Part shown: in pieces, positions 37,826 through 50,172 of the stretch
Layout: the number at the start of each line of letters is the position of its first letter
Position numbering within the stretch: the stretch's first letter is position 1
DNA from: Macrostomum hystrix
Lineage: Eukaryota; Animalia; Platyhelminthes
Assembly: GCA_950097015.1 (NCBI GenBank)
Contig: CATNEN010000011.1
Location: forward strand, 6,448,001 to 6,512,000
Length of the DNA stretch: 64,000 nt
Direction: 5' to 3'
The notes under the pieces: generated by a model
Seen by the model: only the letters and a program-made list of their open reading frames with translations
What the model was told of the DNA's origin: nothing
Databases searched by the model: none
Translations under genes and position numbers: made by a program

Positions 37826-38052
37826 GTTGTATGTAAGGCAGCGTGGCCAAATGAAGAACGGAGCACTGGGTTAGAAGGTTGGAAAAAACGCGAGCCCTCC
37901 AAAGGCCTGTGCGCACTAATATATATTTTAGCCAGTCAGAGTAAACAACAACCCCCCGTCCCGGCCTAGACCGGTTCGGATGGACCGACCCCCCAGCCAA
38001 TCAAAATGCGCCACGCGCACTCTAAGGCGGCATGCAAGCCGCATACACAACA
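37825..38052 (-). repeat. 5' LTR (228 bp)
   Basis: tgttgtatgtaagg...catacacaaca; matches the other LTR except one base. Confidence 0.97.
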
Positions 38053-39487
38053 GGTTGGTTTTTCGGAGCTGCCTGTTGGTATTATATTTCCGGCGACAAA
38101 GGTCTTAGTAATTGTTTTCACGCGTGTGGGGGTTTAAGATCTAATTATAGCACAGAGCGCAATCGGAAGAAACTTCTAGAATCTTCCATATAAGACAAAA
38201 AGGGGGAACAGAAGATTTAGGAAACTATAATGAATTTACGCATTAACATAAGTAAATTCTCCTAGAAATTTCCTTCCGGAATTATAGTAACGAAACCCCA
38301 CAACAGTTATACGTATAGAAAGTACATTTAACAGACTGCATAATCAAAAACTATACTTCCCTGGAAGTTTGATCGTCTATTTTTTAATTACTTAGAGATT
38401 ATATGCCTTCTGCTTCTGCTGCATTTTACGCTGCAACTTGCAAGTTGCAACGAAAGTATAATCAATCATCAACTCTTAGTTCTATAAAAAGTGGTGAAAT
38501 TGGATGAGTTTTGCTGAGGATGTCTTAGCATGCAGTTACTAGGGCCTGCCAGTTGATTCGTAGTCCTTGGCAGTGACATAATATTTTATTTCATTAATCT
38601 TTTATCAAGTGACATATAATTAGTTTAAATTGCTGCAGAGAATGCCAGATCAGAATATATTTAAATGTGATTGAATCTTCGTGGAAAAGGATTTGCGATA
38701 AGCGTTTAAAACAAACAACAAATTACAATTTAAATGCTATGCTAAATCGTAGAAGTTTGTAATGATGAACTAGTTTAAAATGTATTATGATTGTCTGTAC
38801 AAATCTTCAAAGTAGCACCTGAGAATTATTTCAAAGGGTAATTTTAAATTGTGCGATTCGTGTACACGGAGAGTTACTCATTTCATTCTGATATGTTTCA
38901 TTGAAATGCGTTATTTCTAATCTATTGGTCATTAGGCTTGTTGAAGTGGCTTGAAACCGAGGTTTTTAAGTAATTTAATAATAGGCAAACAAGCGATTTG
39001 TACTTATTTCGCCTGTAAGACTACAATGTCACTAGGATGCAATATTTCCGTATGTCCTATTTCTTCATGTTGATCACAAGTAAAAAAAACACAGACATGG
39101 CCAACATGTCTTAATCCAGTTTAATGTGTTTAAGCACGTCAGTTGCTAAAAGCAAATTGTATCAATCTTAAGAGGCGGCAGAGGGCAGAGGCCCTTTTTA
39201 AACGAAAATTCTTGTTGAAAGGATTCATACATTGAATGTGCTATAAGCTCAGTGTTAGCCTACATTCGATTGTATTGAATTAATTTCTCTTAAGCTTCTT
39301 TTAAACATTTAAACACTCGTTTTTTTAGCAGTCTATTTGTCCAAGAAAAAGAAAATAATAAATAAACAAGGCATAGGCCTAAGTTTTTGCCCTTTATGCA
39401 CATGCACAGCAGCTTAGCCTTATACCTATTAAATTCTGTTTTAAATTCAAAGGCAAGGCATAAGTAACAGAAAACAAGATCTGAGAA

Positions 39488-42400
39488 ATGTCTGAGAAAA
39501 GTCGAAATGAAAAGATAGCTTCTGCTAAGAAAAGGGTAAGTTATTTAATATAGTTTGTATCACAATTTTATACTCTTGTCTCTTGAAACCTTTGAACCAT
39601 GAACCCTATAAAGCCTAAAGGCCCCTAAGTTTAAATTTTTAGTTTAAATTTAAATTTAAGTCTAAATTTAAAGTTTAAATGCAATAAGTTAATAGCTATT
39701 GACTGTAACATATCAATAGTTTCAGTTTTTGTTATAGATTCGCATTTTCTACATGCATGCCAAACTTCAAAATTTCACCTGTCTGGTGCCAGATTTGTGA
39801 CTTAGTTCCTCCTGATTGTGACTTAGTTCCTTCCAATTGCAACCTAGTTTTCAATTTGTATATGAATTTTCTTGCCTTTTCTCTTTTCTTCTCTCCTCGT
39901 TCCCTCTCTCTCTTTTCTCCCTCTTTCTTTTCTCTTTATCTTCCTCTTTTTTCTTTATTCCCCAATATTTGCTTTTTGCACTTTCAATTTTGCAACTTAA
40001 CTAGGCAGGCGGCCATTTCACTCGTCCATTTGTATAGGTTGGATAGGCGTTAGGCATGTATGATTTTCTATGCAACTTCAACCCTAAAACAGTTTATAGT
40101 GCTAACTTAATTAGCATTAGCAACTAATTCATATAAACTCTAATTGTAGATCCTACCAAAGTTAAGTGAGATAAAGCTAAATAGTTAGCTAGTCTAGGTG
40201 AGATGATGTGCAAAACATAATGCTGTTGCAACATATTCAAAATGGTTTGTTTTGCCAAACGTGTATATGAGCTAATATGTTATATGCATTTAATGTAGTT
40301 TTTTGGATAGACATCAACAGAGTGTAGGTGATATTTCTTTTTGCAGTTGACCCTAGAGTCAGTTAAAATGGCCATAGAATATAGAAACATTGATAGTAGG
40401 AACAACAGGGATAGTTTAGTTAGAAAGGAAGTAATGCAAAAGATTTGGAGGCTTTGTAAAGGACAATATGAGGTCTGAGAGATAAAAAAGGAAATGAAAT
40501 GATTGAGTTGTTTAGTTTGAAAGACAAACAGAAACATATACCAGTGAAACAGAAGAAACTTGAAATTTAAATTGCCTGGGCTGCAGGCAATTTCACATCA
40601 TTTCGTGACACTAGAACTGCAGCCAATGTGGAGGCAATTCTGCCCATTTTCTGACTCCTAAGCACACACCCACACAGATTCTGTATGTAGGCACACACTC
40701 TTACAGGGGGTGTATACATCTGCTGACTTTGTCATCAACAGGCAGTGTACACTCACTGTGCCTCAAATGGTTGGCCCTCAGAGGCATACATTGCATGACA
40801 AGCCCCCGGCCCCAAGCCTTCTAGATGTGGTTGCGCCTTAAATTAATGTGACCCTGCCCGAACCCATAGACCCAATTCCGAATAAACTTTGTAATGGCAA
40901 CATTTAGGAAGAGTTATTAATTATTTTAATTCCCCCTTATTTGACACTCGCAGCTGCAAAAATTTCGAGACCAGAAAGATGGCAACAACAGCTCCGGCGG
41001 AGGTGCAGCTAAAAAGTCTAAGCAGCGAAAGTCCAGTCCTGCAGGATCGGTAGCCGCATCAGCAGCAGAAACCGCCAATGTTAATGAGCTCCATAGTGAG
41101 GAGCCTTCGCCGCCACTGATGTCACCGGTGTCAACAGAAATGAGCGGCAATGGCGACGCTCCTCCTACATTGTCTGCTGCTGAAGAAGGAGCAGCAGGGG
41201 CTGCATCATCAAATGGCAGTCACGTGGATTCCAAATCGAGTATTGCTGCCGAGGTGCCAGATGCTGCTGATGTTTCAGATACTGCTTCTGTTAGTGGGGC
41301 CACTGAGAGTCTGATGCAGCTCAGTCAGCAGATTAATGGCATCATTTCCTGGGATAATCCAGGTTGGTGCGAATTATTATTTAAAAATGCTATTCGATGC
41401 ATAAAAGTACCATAGGTAGTCCAATGCTCTGACACCCGCAGATCAGCACAGCGCCCAGCGTCAGCAGCAGCAACAGTCGCTGGAGAGGCGCAACGTGGAG
41501 CTAGCCAGCCTTCTAGAGCGGAGAACGGAAGCTCTTGAACAGGCGAAGCGGTCCCAGGCTCTGCTGCGCGATCAGCTGCACAGAGTGCAGGTGATTTATT
41601 ATACTTGTTACTGGTGATCCTAAAAAGGGCCGTTTTCCATCCATAGTTAATTTTTAGGTTATTGAATTAAATATGCGTAGCGTTCTTAATATCAATTCAT
41701 AGATGCATTGTCTGCCCGCAGGCTTCTTTAGCAGCCGAGGCGGCCTCCTCCGAGGAGCGGCATAGGCGCGAGTTGCAGTCAGCCCGAGAGCAGCAGGCCA
41801 GTCAGGCGCAGACTATCGGCATGCTAGTAGCGGAGAAGACTGAGCTCACAACACAGCTGGCCCACGCTCAGCGCATGTGTCAGCAGAGGCTGTCCGAGTT
41901 GACCGAGGCGCAGGAGCGTGTGCGCCAAGCTAAAGCTCGCCAAGCTGAAGCGGAGAAGGCCCAGGCTGCCGCTGAGCAGGCGACTGCTCAACTGACCTCC
42001 GGCGGCCGCGAATTAGCCAAAGAGGCGGAGCGACTGCGCGCCGAAGTGACCAGGCTGAGCTCTGATCGAGCAGAGCTGGACCAGGCCGCCTCTGAGCTCA
42101 GGGCTCGCCTCACTGCCAAGAGTCAGGCTGCTCAGTCACTGGAAGAGCAGGTTAGACTCGCATGCCCTTTTCGACACCTATCGTCAAGTTTCAATTGACG
42201 ACGCCGATGTTTTATGATTCTGGAAGTTGCTTCATCGGATAGAGCGGAAAATTTTAGCCCTTGTTCTGGATTTAATGACGACTGGTGGAATAGTTTAAGA
42301 GATGCAGAAAATATAGAAATGCGGGTCTTCGAAATGCCTCCCTCTGGTCATTCTATTGTAAATTGTCGCTTGACCGTCATTAGTTCGCTCATTGCCGATT

Positions 42401-45400
42401 CGTTATAATTCAGTCTCAATCTATGATTGTACACTCTTCTCCCTTAACGCAGGTGCGTGATCTTCGCCGCCAACTGGAACTGGCCAGCGTGCAGTTGCAC
42501 CAGCTGGGCGCCAGTCGCGATCGAGACAGTCGAGCAGCCGCAGCCGAGCTGCAGGCGGCCAATGCCGACCTCACTGAACGCCTTGCTCAATTGGCTGGCG
42601 AGAGAGACCGGTTGGCTGTTCAGTATCGCGACTACACTAATAGCTTAGGCAATGAGACTAAGCAGCTCAAGGCACAGGTGAGCAGCCGGTATTTCAAAGC
42701 TTCTTCATTTATTTTTTTGTAAACTCTTTAAAATTTGAGCAATGTTTTTTCGGACTCAAGCATGCATTGTTTACTGCTCAAATGATCAGGTTAGCGCGCT
42801 AAGCACAGAACGCAGTCAGCTCGTGAATCGCTCAGCCGAGCTTGAAGGCCAACTAGCTAGCTTAGCCAATCAGCTAGCGGCTGCCAAGGAGGCCGAGACT
42901 GCCGCTCTGGCCTCTGTTGAGCAGCTCAAAGCTCAGGTTGATGAGGCCGCGAGGCTGCGAGATACGGAAGCTGAGGAAAGGCAGCGACTGCTAGAGCTGG
43001 TGCGACTCGGATTATTGCAATTTAGTTTCTCTAGTTATATTGTGCATGCTGCTGTTTAACCTTTCTGTGAGTACAAGACTGTCTGGAATGATTGAGCAAC
43101 TGTTTGAGCAGTCTGTGATACATGACACTGTCTGGAATGATTGAGCAACTGTTTGAGCAGTCTGTGATACATGACACTGTCTGGAATGATTGAGCAACTG
43201 TTTGAGCAGTCTGTGATACATGACACTGTCTGGAATGATTGAGCAACTGTTTGAGCAGTCTGTGATACATGACACTGTCTGGAATGATTGAGCAACCGTT
43301 TGAGCAGTCTGTGATACATGACACTGTCTGGAATGATTGAGCAACTGTTTGAGCAGTCTGTGATACATGACACTGTCTGGAATGATTGAGCAACTGTTTG
43401 AGCAGTCTGTGATACATGACACTGTCTAGAATGATTGAGCAACTGTTTGAGCAGTCTGTGATACATGACACTGTCTGGAATGATTGAGCAACTGTTTGAG
43501 CAGTCTGTGATACATAACACTGTCTAGAATGATTGAGCAACTGTTTGAGCAGTCTGTGATACATGACACTGTCTAGAATGATTGAGCAACTGTTTGAGCA
43601 GTCTGTGATACATGACACTGTCTGGAATGATTGAGCAACTGTTTGAGCAGTCTGTGATACATGACACTGTCTGGAATGATTGAGCAACTGTTTGAGCAGT
43701 CTGTGATACATGACACTGTCTGGAATGATTGAGCAACTGTTTGAGCAGTCTGTGATACATGACACTGTCTGGAATGATTGAGCAACTGTTTGAGCAGTCT
43801 GTGATACATGACACTGTCTGGAATGATTGAGCAACTGTTTGAGCAGTCTGTGATACATGACACTGTCTGGAATGATTGAGCAACTGTTTGAGCAGTCTTT
43901 TAAAAATCGAGCGCAATAATCCCAGGTGGAGGACCGGGAGACTGCTTGCGAGCGCCTGCGCGCCGAGATGCGCTCAGCCAGGGCGGATCAGCAGCGACTG
44001 GCCGACTCCGTGCAGTCGGATCGCAGCTGTTTGTCGCGCGCGTTGCAACAAAATCGCGACCTGAAAGCTCAATTAGAAGAGCTGCAAACTGGTTTCGTTG
44101 TGGCATCGAATCGAGGCGCGGAGCTCACTCAGCAGTTGCAGGCTGAGCAGCATCTGGCCAAGGAGCTAGCCAGCAGGTTGGGCGAACAGGAGGACGAGCT
44201 GCGTGAACTGCGCCAAGATTTGGCGACACGCGAGGAGGAGCTGAGGGCACTGAAACTGGCTTATCAGAGCGCCAAGGAGACTTTGCTTTATAGCCAGTCG
44301 GTGAGGAAAACAATTCTGCGCATATCGGACAGCTTTTTATCTTGTAGTTTGGGTTTTTCTACACATATCGGGTCGATTATTAAATTCGATGGTAACTTGT
44401 AGCCAGTAATCTATGGACTGAACAGCTGTACACATCTTAGTTACATTATGTAGATTTTCTACGTTTTCTTTGCGTTTTTTCGATACATATCGGCTAATAA
44501 CAACGTACTTTGGCTATGAGTTTTTCTTTATTCTAAAGATGTTGTGCTAATCATTTTTGCATTTGAAATTTTGAGCTACATATCGGGTAGAGTGTGACTG
44601 ACGTTTTTTATCCTCAATATCCTCAATTCCCAGGACAGTCCAGGCGTCGGCGGTGGCGCGGTTGTCAACGCTGACGCGGCCGCAGCTGCTGAAGCTCAGC
44701 AGCGACTCAGCCAGGAACTGGCCGCTGCTCAGGCCAGGGTTAATCAGCTAACCGCCAGTAATAGCGAGCTCAAGGCCCTGCTGTATCGCAGCCAGCAGCA
44801 ACAGCAGCGGTCTGCGTCAGGTTCTTCTACAGCCTCCGGTGTGTTGTCGCCTAATTTGAAATCTTTGACGAACGACAGCGCAGTTGATGAAGACTCGACG
44901 GATGCGGCAGCTTCTGGTAGGTCCAGAACGCAGTCTACTGCCACGCTGCAGGCCAGCATTGATCAGCTGGAGAGCGAGCGGAATGCGCTGTTAAATACTG
45001 TTGAGGAGTTTAGGGCTCATGCTGCTTCCGTTGCCAGTTCAACGGTTGCTGCTGCTGCTGCCGCCCCTGCCAATGTGGTGGCTCATGTTAGCCGCGCCGA
45101 ATTCGAAGAAATGCAGCGTGCTCGCCTACAATTGGAGGAGAAATTCCATCAGGCTATGGATGTGAGTGAACCGACTTGCGACTGCCGAAACACCTGTTAA
45201 AGTAGCGATGTTTGCTGCTGAAACACCTCTTAGAGTAGCGATGTTTGCTGCCTAAAACACCTGTTAGAGTAGCGATGTTTGCTGCCTAAAACACCTGTTA
45301 GAGTAGCGATGTTTGCTGCCTAAAACACCTGTTAGAGAATTGGTGTTTACTGTCTAAATCACCTGTTAGAGAAGTGGTGTTTACTGTCTAAATCACCTGT

Positions 45401-46571
45401 TAGAGTAGGGGTGTTTACTGCCTAAAACACTTGTTATAGAAGTGGTGTTTACTGTCTAAATCACTTGTTAGAGAAGTGGTGTTTACTGTCTAAATCACCT
45501 GTTAGAGAAGTGGTGTTTACTGTCTAAATCACCTGTTAGAGAAGTGGTGTTTACTGTCCAAATCACCTGTTAGAGAAGTGGTGTTTACTGTCTAAATCAC
45601 CTGTTAGAGAAGTGGTGTTTACTGTCTAAATCACCTGTTAGAGAAGTGGTGTTTACTGTCTAAATCACCTGTTAGAGAAGTGGTGTTTACTGTCCAAATC
45701 ACCTGTTAGAGAAGTGGTGTTTACTGTCTAAATCACCTGTTAGAGAAGTGGTGTTTACTGTCTAAATCACCTGTTAGAGAAGTGGTGTTTACTGTCCAAA
45801 TCACCTGTTAGAGAAGTGGTGTTTACTGTCTAAATCACCTGTTAGAGAAGTGGTGTTTACTGTCCAAATCACCTGTTAGAATAGCGATGTTTGCTGCCTA
45901 AAACACCTGTTAGAGAAGTGGTGTTTACTTCCTAAAACACATGTTAGAGCAGGACTAATAGCTGTCTCAAATACCTGTTTGGTTAGTGCAAATGACACCT
46001 GTTAAACAGCTGTACACTCATGTGCCCAAATGAACCTCTTTGTAATTTACCGCAGCGTGTTGCCAAACTGCAAGATGAGAAGGAGCGCCTTGAGCACACA
46101 TTGATGCAGCTGGAGATTGAGACTGAGACTATTGGCGAATACGTGACCCTGTATCAGTACCAGCGCTCTCAGCTCCACCAGCGCGAACTGGAGAAGGAGG
46201 CCTCTCTGACCCAGCTGGCCGCTGAGAAGGACCAGATGCGATTGAAACTGTCCGAACTGGAGACCCTTGTAAGGCATCTGATGTCTACTCAGCAGCAGCA
46301 ACAGCAGCAACAGGAGACTCAGCAACAGCAGCAGCAGGCAGTTGCCCAGTTGGAGCTTCACAAGCGACCAGCAATTGACGGTGTTCACACCATTCTGTAC
46401 AACTCCGCACCTGCTGTTGCAACTGATTCTCAGCAACACAGCCTAGCCACCAGTCGCATCCTAGACATCATCTCGCAGCTGCACGAAGATGCTACATTAT
46501 CTTCAGCTGCTGCTGGCAAACTGCGCGTCATGCAGTGTCCCTGTTGTCATGGCAACGTAATCGATCTTTAA
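39488..46571 (+). CDS. GOLGA2: Golgin subfamily A member 2 (GM130)-like coiled-coil golgin, ~962 aa
   Basis: Exons 39488-39535 (MSEKSRNEKIASAKKR), 40954-41362 (LQKFRDQK..TESLMQLSQQING), 41442-41590, 41722-42150 (QTIGMLVAEKTEL), 42453-42677, 42790-42999, 43926-44300, 44634-45161, 46056-46571 (LEHTLMQLEIETETIGEYVTLYQ; C-terminal CPCCHGNVIDL). All phases consistent. Confidence 0.92.
40604..40870 (-). mobile_element. Diverged copy of the same SINE (intron 1 of GOLGA2-like)
   Basis: gtgacactaga..ggaggcaattctgcccatt..gacaagccccc..ccaagcctt homology. Confidence 0.65.
43077..43898. repeat. 49-bp minisatellite in a GOLGA2-like intron
   Basis: ctgtctggaatgattgagcaactgtttgagcagtctgtgatacatgaca; period checked at 43079 and 43128. 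Confidence 0.95.
45195..45950. repeat. 34-bp minisatellite in the last GOLGA2-like intron
   Basis: acctgttagagaagtggtgtttactgtctaaatc; period checked at 45361 and 45395. Confidence 0.95.
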
Positions 46572-47992
46572 GAGCGAAAAAAAGGAAAATATGTCTTTAT
46601 TCTGTTATGCGCTTTTTAGGTCACGAGTTACCATAGCAACTGCCTCGAATATTATCGCTGTGTCTTACAACCCGTCATTGTAACGCTCTCCCATAGAAAC
46701 AGTTTTGTGTAATCAATCGTATGCAGTTTATAATTCTACTAAAGTACATAATCTGTGCTGGTTCAGACCCAACGCATGCTATTATTTTCTTTGATTTAGT
46801 GGTTTCGCTTAGATTTCTGTGCAACATTGATTTTGTAGATGAAGAAAAGCAATTTATTATTTCTTTGTTTCAATATTTGCTGAATATTTTAAATTTTCAT
46901 TCTGTTCTTGCTACTTCACTTAGTAGTGTAGTGTGAACATTGGTGCCAAACAAGGTTATAAATTAGGTTTATAGACAGTGAAGGTAGCTCGTTAAAAAGT
47001 TGGGCACTCACAATGCGTTCATATTTTTTCTTATAATTTTACCATCATTCCGTAGGGTGACAGTTAATCTATTGCCAGCAAGGTGTTCGCCAACCAATTG
47101 AATGTTCGCTTACCTGTGTTCAAGTGCTATTTATTCATACATAATAATTATATTCTAAAAATATAGTCTTTCATATGTCATACTCGTACCAGTAATTTTT
47201 TTCAATTTATTATAATATATGTTTGTGCACTCCAATACCGGAAAACTGAGCTCTTAACTAAATTAGCAAGCAAATGTACCTGTGATGCTACTTGTCAGAC
47301 AGTCTTGAGTAAAGTAGTGCAGATACTATAACTATAATAGGATTTCAATCTGATTTACATTTTTTTATTTAATGTTTTTGCTCTTCTTGAAGATTACTAT
47401 GATACATTGACTTGTACATCCACTATTTGGTGAAAATATATCTTTGAAACACCCTTATGCTATCATATTCTATATATTTATAACCGTATATTCAATCTCT
47501 ACATTTTGTAGTCTATGGTAAAGGTTAGCGAGTTTGAAAAAATGCAGACTATGCTACTGATTTAGGGAAAAATTACAAGTTTAAAAAAAGTGAACATACA
47601 ATTTCAGTCGCATCATTGATTTGGCTATTGATAGTTTTGATAGTGTCCATTCTTATTTTTGTTTTGTTTCAAATTTAAGTGTTTAACATTTCAGGTTCTA
47701 TTGTTCTAGCTACATCTGGTGTTTAACTTTTTTCATTTTGTGTTTCATTCAATCATTAAACTCGCTCCATGTTTGCTTGTCTGTCTATTATAACTTTATT
47801 TAAAGGCATTATTTTTCTTTTAAGTTGAGTGTTATTTGTTATCCCCTTTTTCTGTGCACAATCCAAGCTCATAGGAAAATTATAAGTTCACTAGTTATGG
47901 AAGCGGGCAATGATCTCCGCTTCGTGGATTCTCTGACTTGCTTTCACTACTAGCTGTGACTTTTCTTGCTTTTCTTTTAGATTAGATTTACT

Positions 47993-50045
47993 AGGCTACT
48001 CTTCCTCATCCTTCAGGCTACTCTTCCTCATCCTTCAGGCTACTGTTCCTCATCCTTCAGGCTACTCTTCCTCATCCTTCAGGCTACTCTTCCTCATCCT
48101 TCAGGCTACTCTTCCTCATCCTTCAGGCTACTCTTCCTCATCCTTCAGGCTACTCTTCCTCATCCTTCAGGCTACTCTTCCTCATCCTTCAGGCTACTCT
48201 TCCTCATCCTTCAGGCTACTCTTCCTCATCCTTCAGGCTACTCTTCCTCATCATTCAGGCTACTCTTCCTCATCCTTCAGGCTACTCTTCCTCATCCTTC
48301 AGGCTACTCTTCCTCATCCTTCAGGCTACTCTTCCTCATCCTTCAGGCTACTCTTCCTCATCCTTCAGGCTACTCTTCCTCATCCTTCAGGCTACTCTTC
48401 CTCATCCTTCAGGCTACTCTTCCTCATCCTTCAGGCTACTCTTCCTCATCCTTCAGGCTACTGTTCCTCATCCTTCAGGCTACTGTTCCTCATCCTTCAG
48501 GCTACTGTTCCTCATCCTACAGGCTACTGTTCCTCATCCTACAGGCTACTGTTCCTCATCCTTCAGGCTACTCTTCCTCATCCTTCAGGCTGACTGTTCC
48601 TCATCCTTCAGGCTACTCTTCCTCATCATTCAGGCTACTGTTCCTGATCCTTCAGGCTACTGTTCCTCATCCTTCAGGCTACTGTTCCTCATCCTTCAGG
48701 CTACTGTTCCTCATCCTTCAGGCTACTGTTCCTCATCCTACAGGCTACTGTTCCTCATCCTACAGGCTACTCTTCCTCATCCTTCAGGCTACTGTTCCTC
48801 ATCCTTCAGGCTACTCTTCCTCATCCTTCAGGCTACTCTTCCTCATCCTTCAAGCTACTCTTCCTCATCCTTCAGGCTACTCTTCCTCATCCTTCAAGCT
48901 ACTCTTCCTCATCCTTCAAGCTACTGTTCCTCATCCTTCAGGCTACTGTTCCTCATCCTTCAGGCTACAGTTCCTCATCCTTCAGGCTACTCTTCCTCAT
49001 CCTTCACGCTACAGTTCCTCATCCTTCAGGCTACTGTTCCTCATCCTTCAGGCTACTGTTCCTCATCCTTCAGGCTACTGTTCCTCATCCTTCAGGCTAC
49101 TCTTCCTCATCCTTCACGCTACAGTTCCTCATCCTTCAGGCTACTGTTCCTCATCCTTCAGGCTACTGTTCCTCATCCTTCAGGCTACTCTTCCTCATCC
49201 TTCAGGCTACTCTTCCTCATCCTTCAGGCTACTGTTCCTCATCCTACAGGCTACTGTTCCTCATCCTACAGGCTACTCTTCCACATCCTTCAGGCTACTC
49301 TTCCTCATCCTTCAGGCTACTCTTCCTCATCCTTCAGGCTACTCTTCCTCATCCTTCAGGCTACTCTTCCTCATCCTTCAGGCTACTCTTCCTCATCCTT
49401 CAGGCTACTCTTCCTCATCCTTCAGGCTACTGTTCCTCATCCTTCAGGCTGACTGTTCCTCATCCTTCAGGCTACTGTTCCTCATCCTTCAGGCTACTGT
49501 TCCTCATCCTTCAGGCTACTGTTCCTCATCCTTCAGGCTACTGTTCCTCATCCTTCAGGCTACTGTTCCTCATCCTTCAGGCTACTGTTCCTCATCCTAC
49601 AGGCTACTCTTCCTCATCCTTCAGGCTACTGTTCCTCATCCTTCAGGCTACTCTTCCTCATCCTTCAGGCTACTCTTCCTCATCCTTCAGGCTACTCTTC
49701 CTCATCCTTCAAGCTACTCTTCCTCATCCTTCAGGCTACTCTTCCTCATCCTTCAAGCTACTCTTCCTCATCCTTCAAGCTACTGTTCCTCATTCTTCAG
49801 GCTACTGTTCCTCATCCTTCAGGCTACAGTTCCTCATCCTTCAGGCTACTGTTCCTCATCATTCAGGCTACTGTTCCTCATCCTTCAGGCTACTATTCCT
49901 CATCCTTCAGGCTACTGTTCCTCATCCTTCAGGTTACTCTTCCTCATCCTTCAGGCTGCTCTTCCACATCCTTCAGGCTACTCTTCCTCATCCTTCAGGC
50001 TACTGTTCCTCATCCTTCAGGCTACTCTTACTCATCCTTCAGGCT
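47993..50045. repeat. 22-bp minisatellite (caggctactcttcctcatcctt) upstream of the SLAIN-like gene
   Basis: Direct. Confidence 0.97.
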
Positions 50046-50172
50046 GTTCCCGAGCATTTCAGGGTCTAGTTCTGCTGCTAGAATCTGAATTCTAGATTCA
50101 AATTTCTAATAATTCCAGCTGACAGTCAGTTTCGCAGCAAGTTCAGGCAGCAACGTTCTCAATAGCAAACAC

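Larger units (their letters stand above)
33565..38052 (-). mobile_element. Full-length Ty3/Gypsy LTR retrotransposon (Mag-like), 4488 bp
   Basis: Two 228-bp LTRs (TG...CA), 5-bp TSD GGTTG (33560-33564 and 38053-38057), PBS, PPT and one uninterrupted gag-pol ORF. Confidence 0.97.

Noticed and set aside
34080-37969. Many short ORFs overlapping the Gypsy ORF
   Set aside because: Antisense and alternate-frame shadows of GC-rich coding sequence.
43077-43898. CRISPR-like regular repeats (also the 34-bp array at 45195)
   Set aside because: Head-to-tail units with no unique spacers, eukaryotic intron context, no cas genes.
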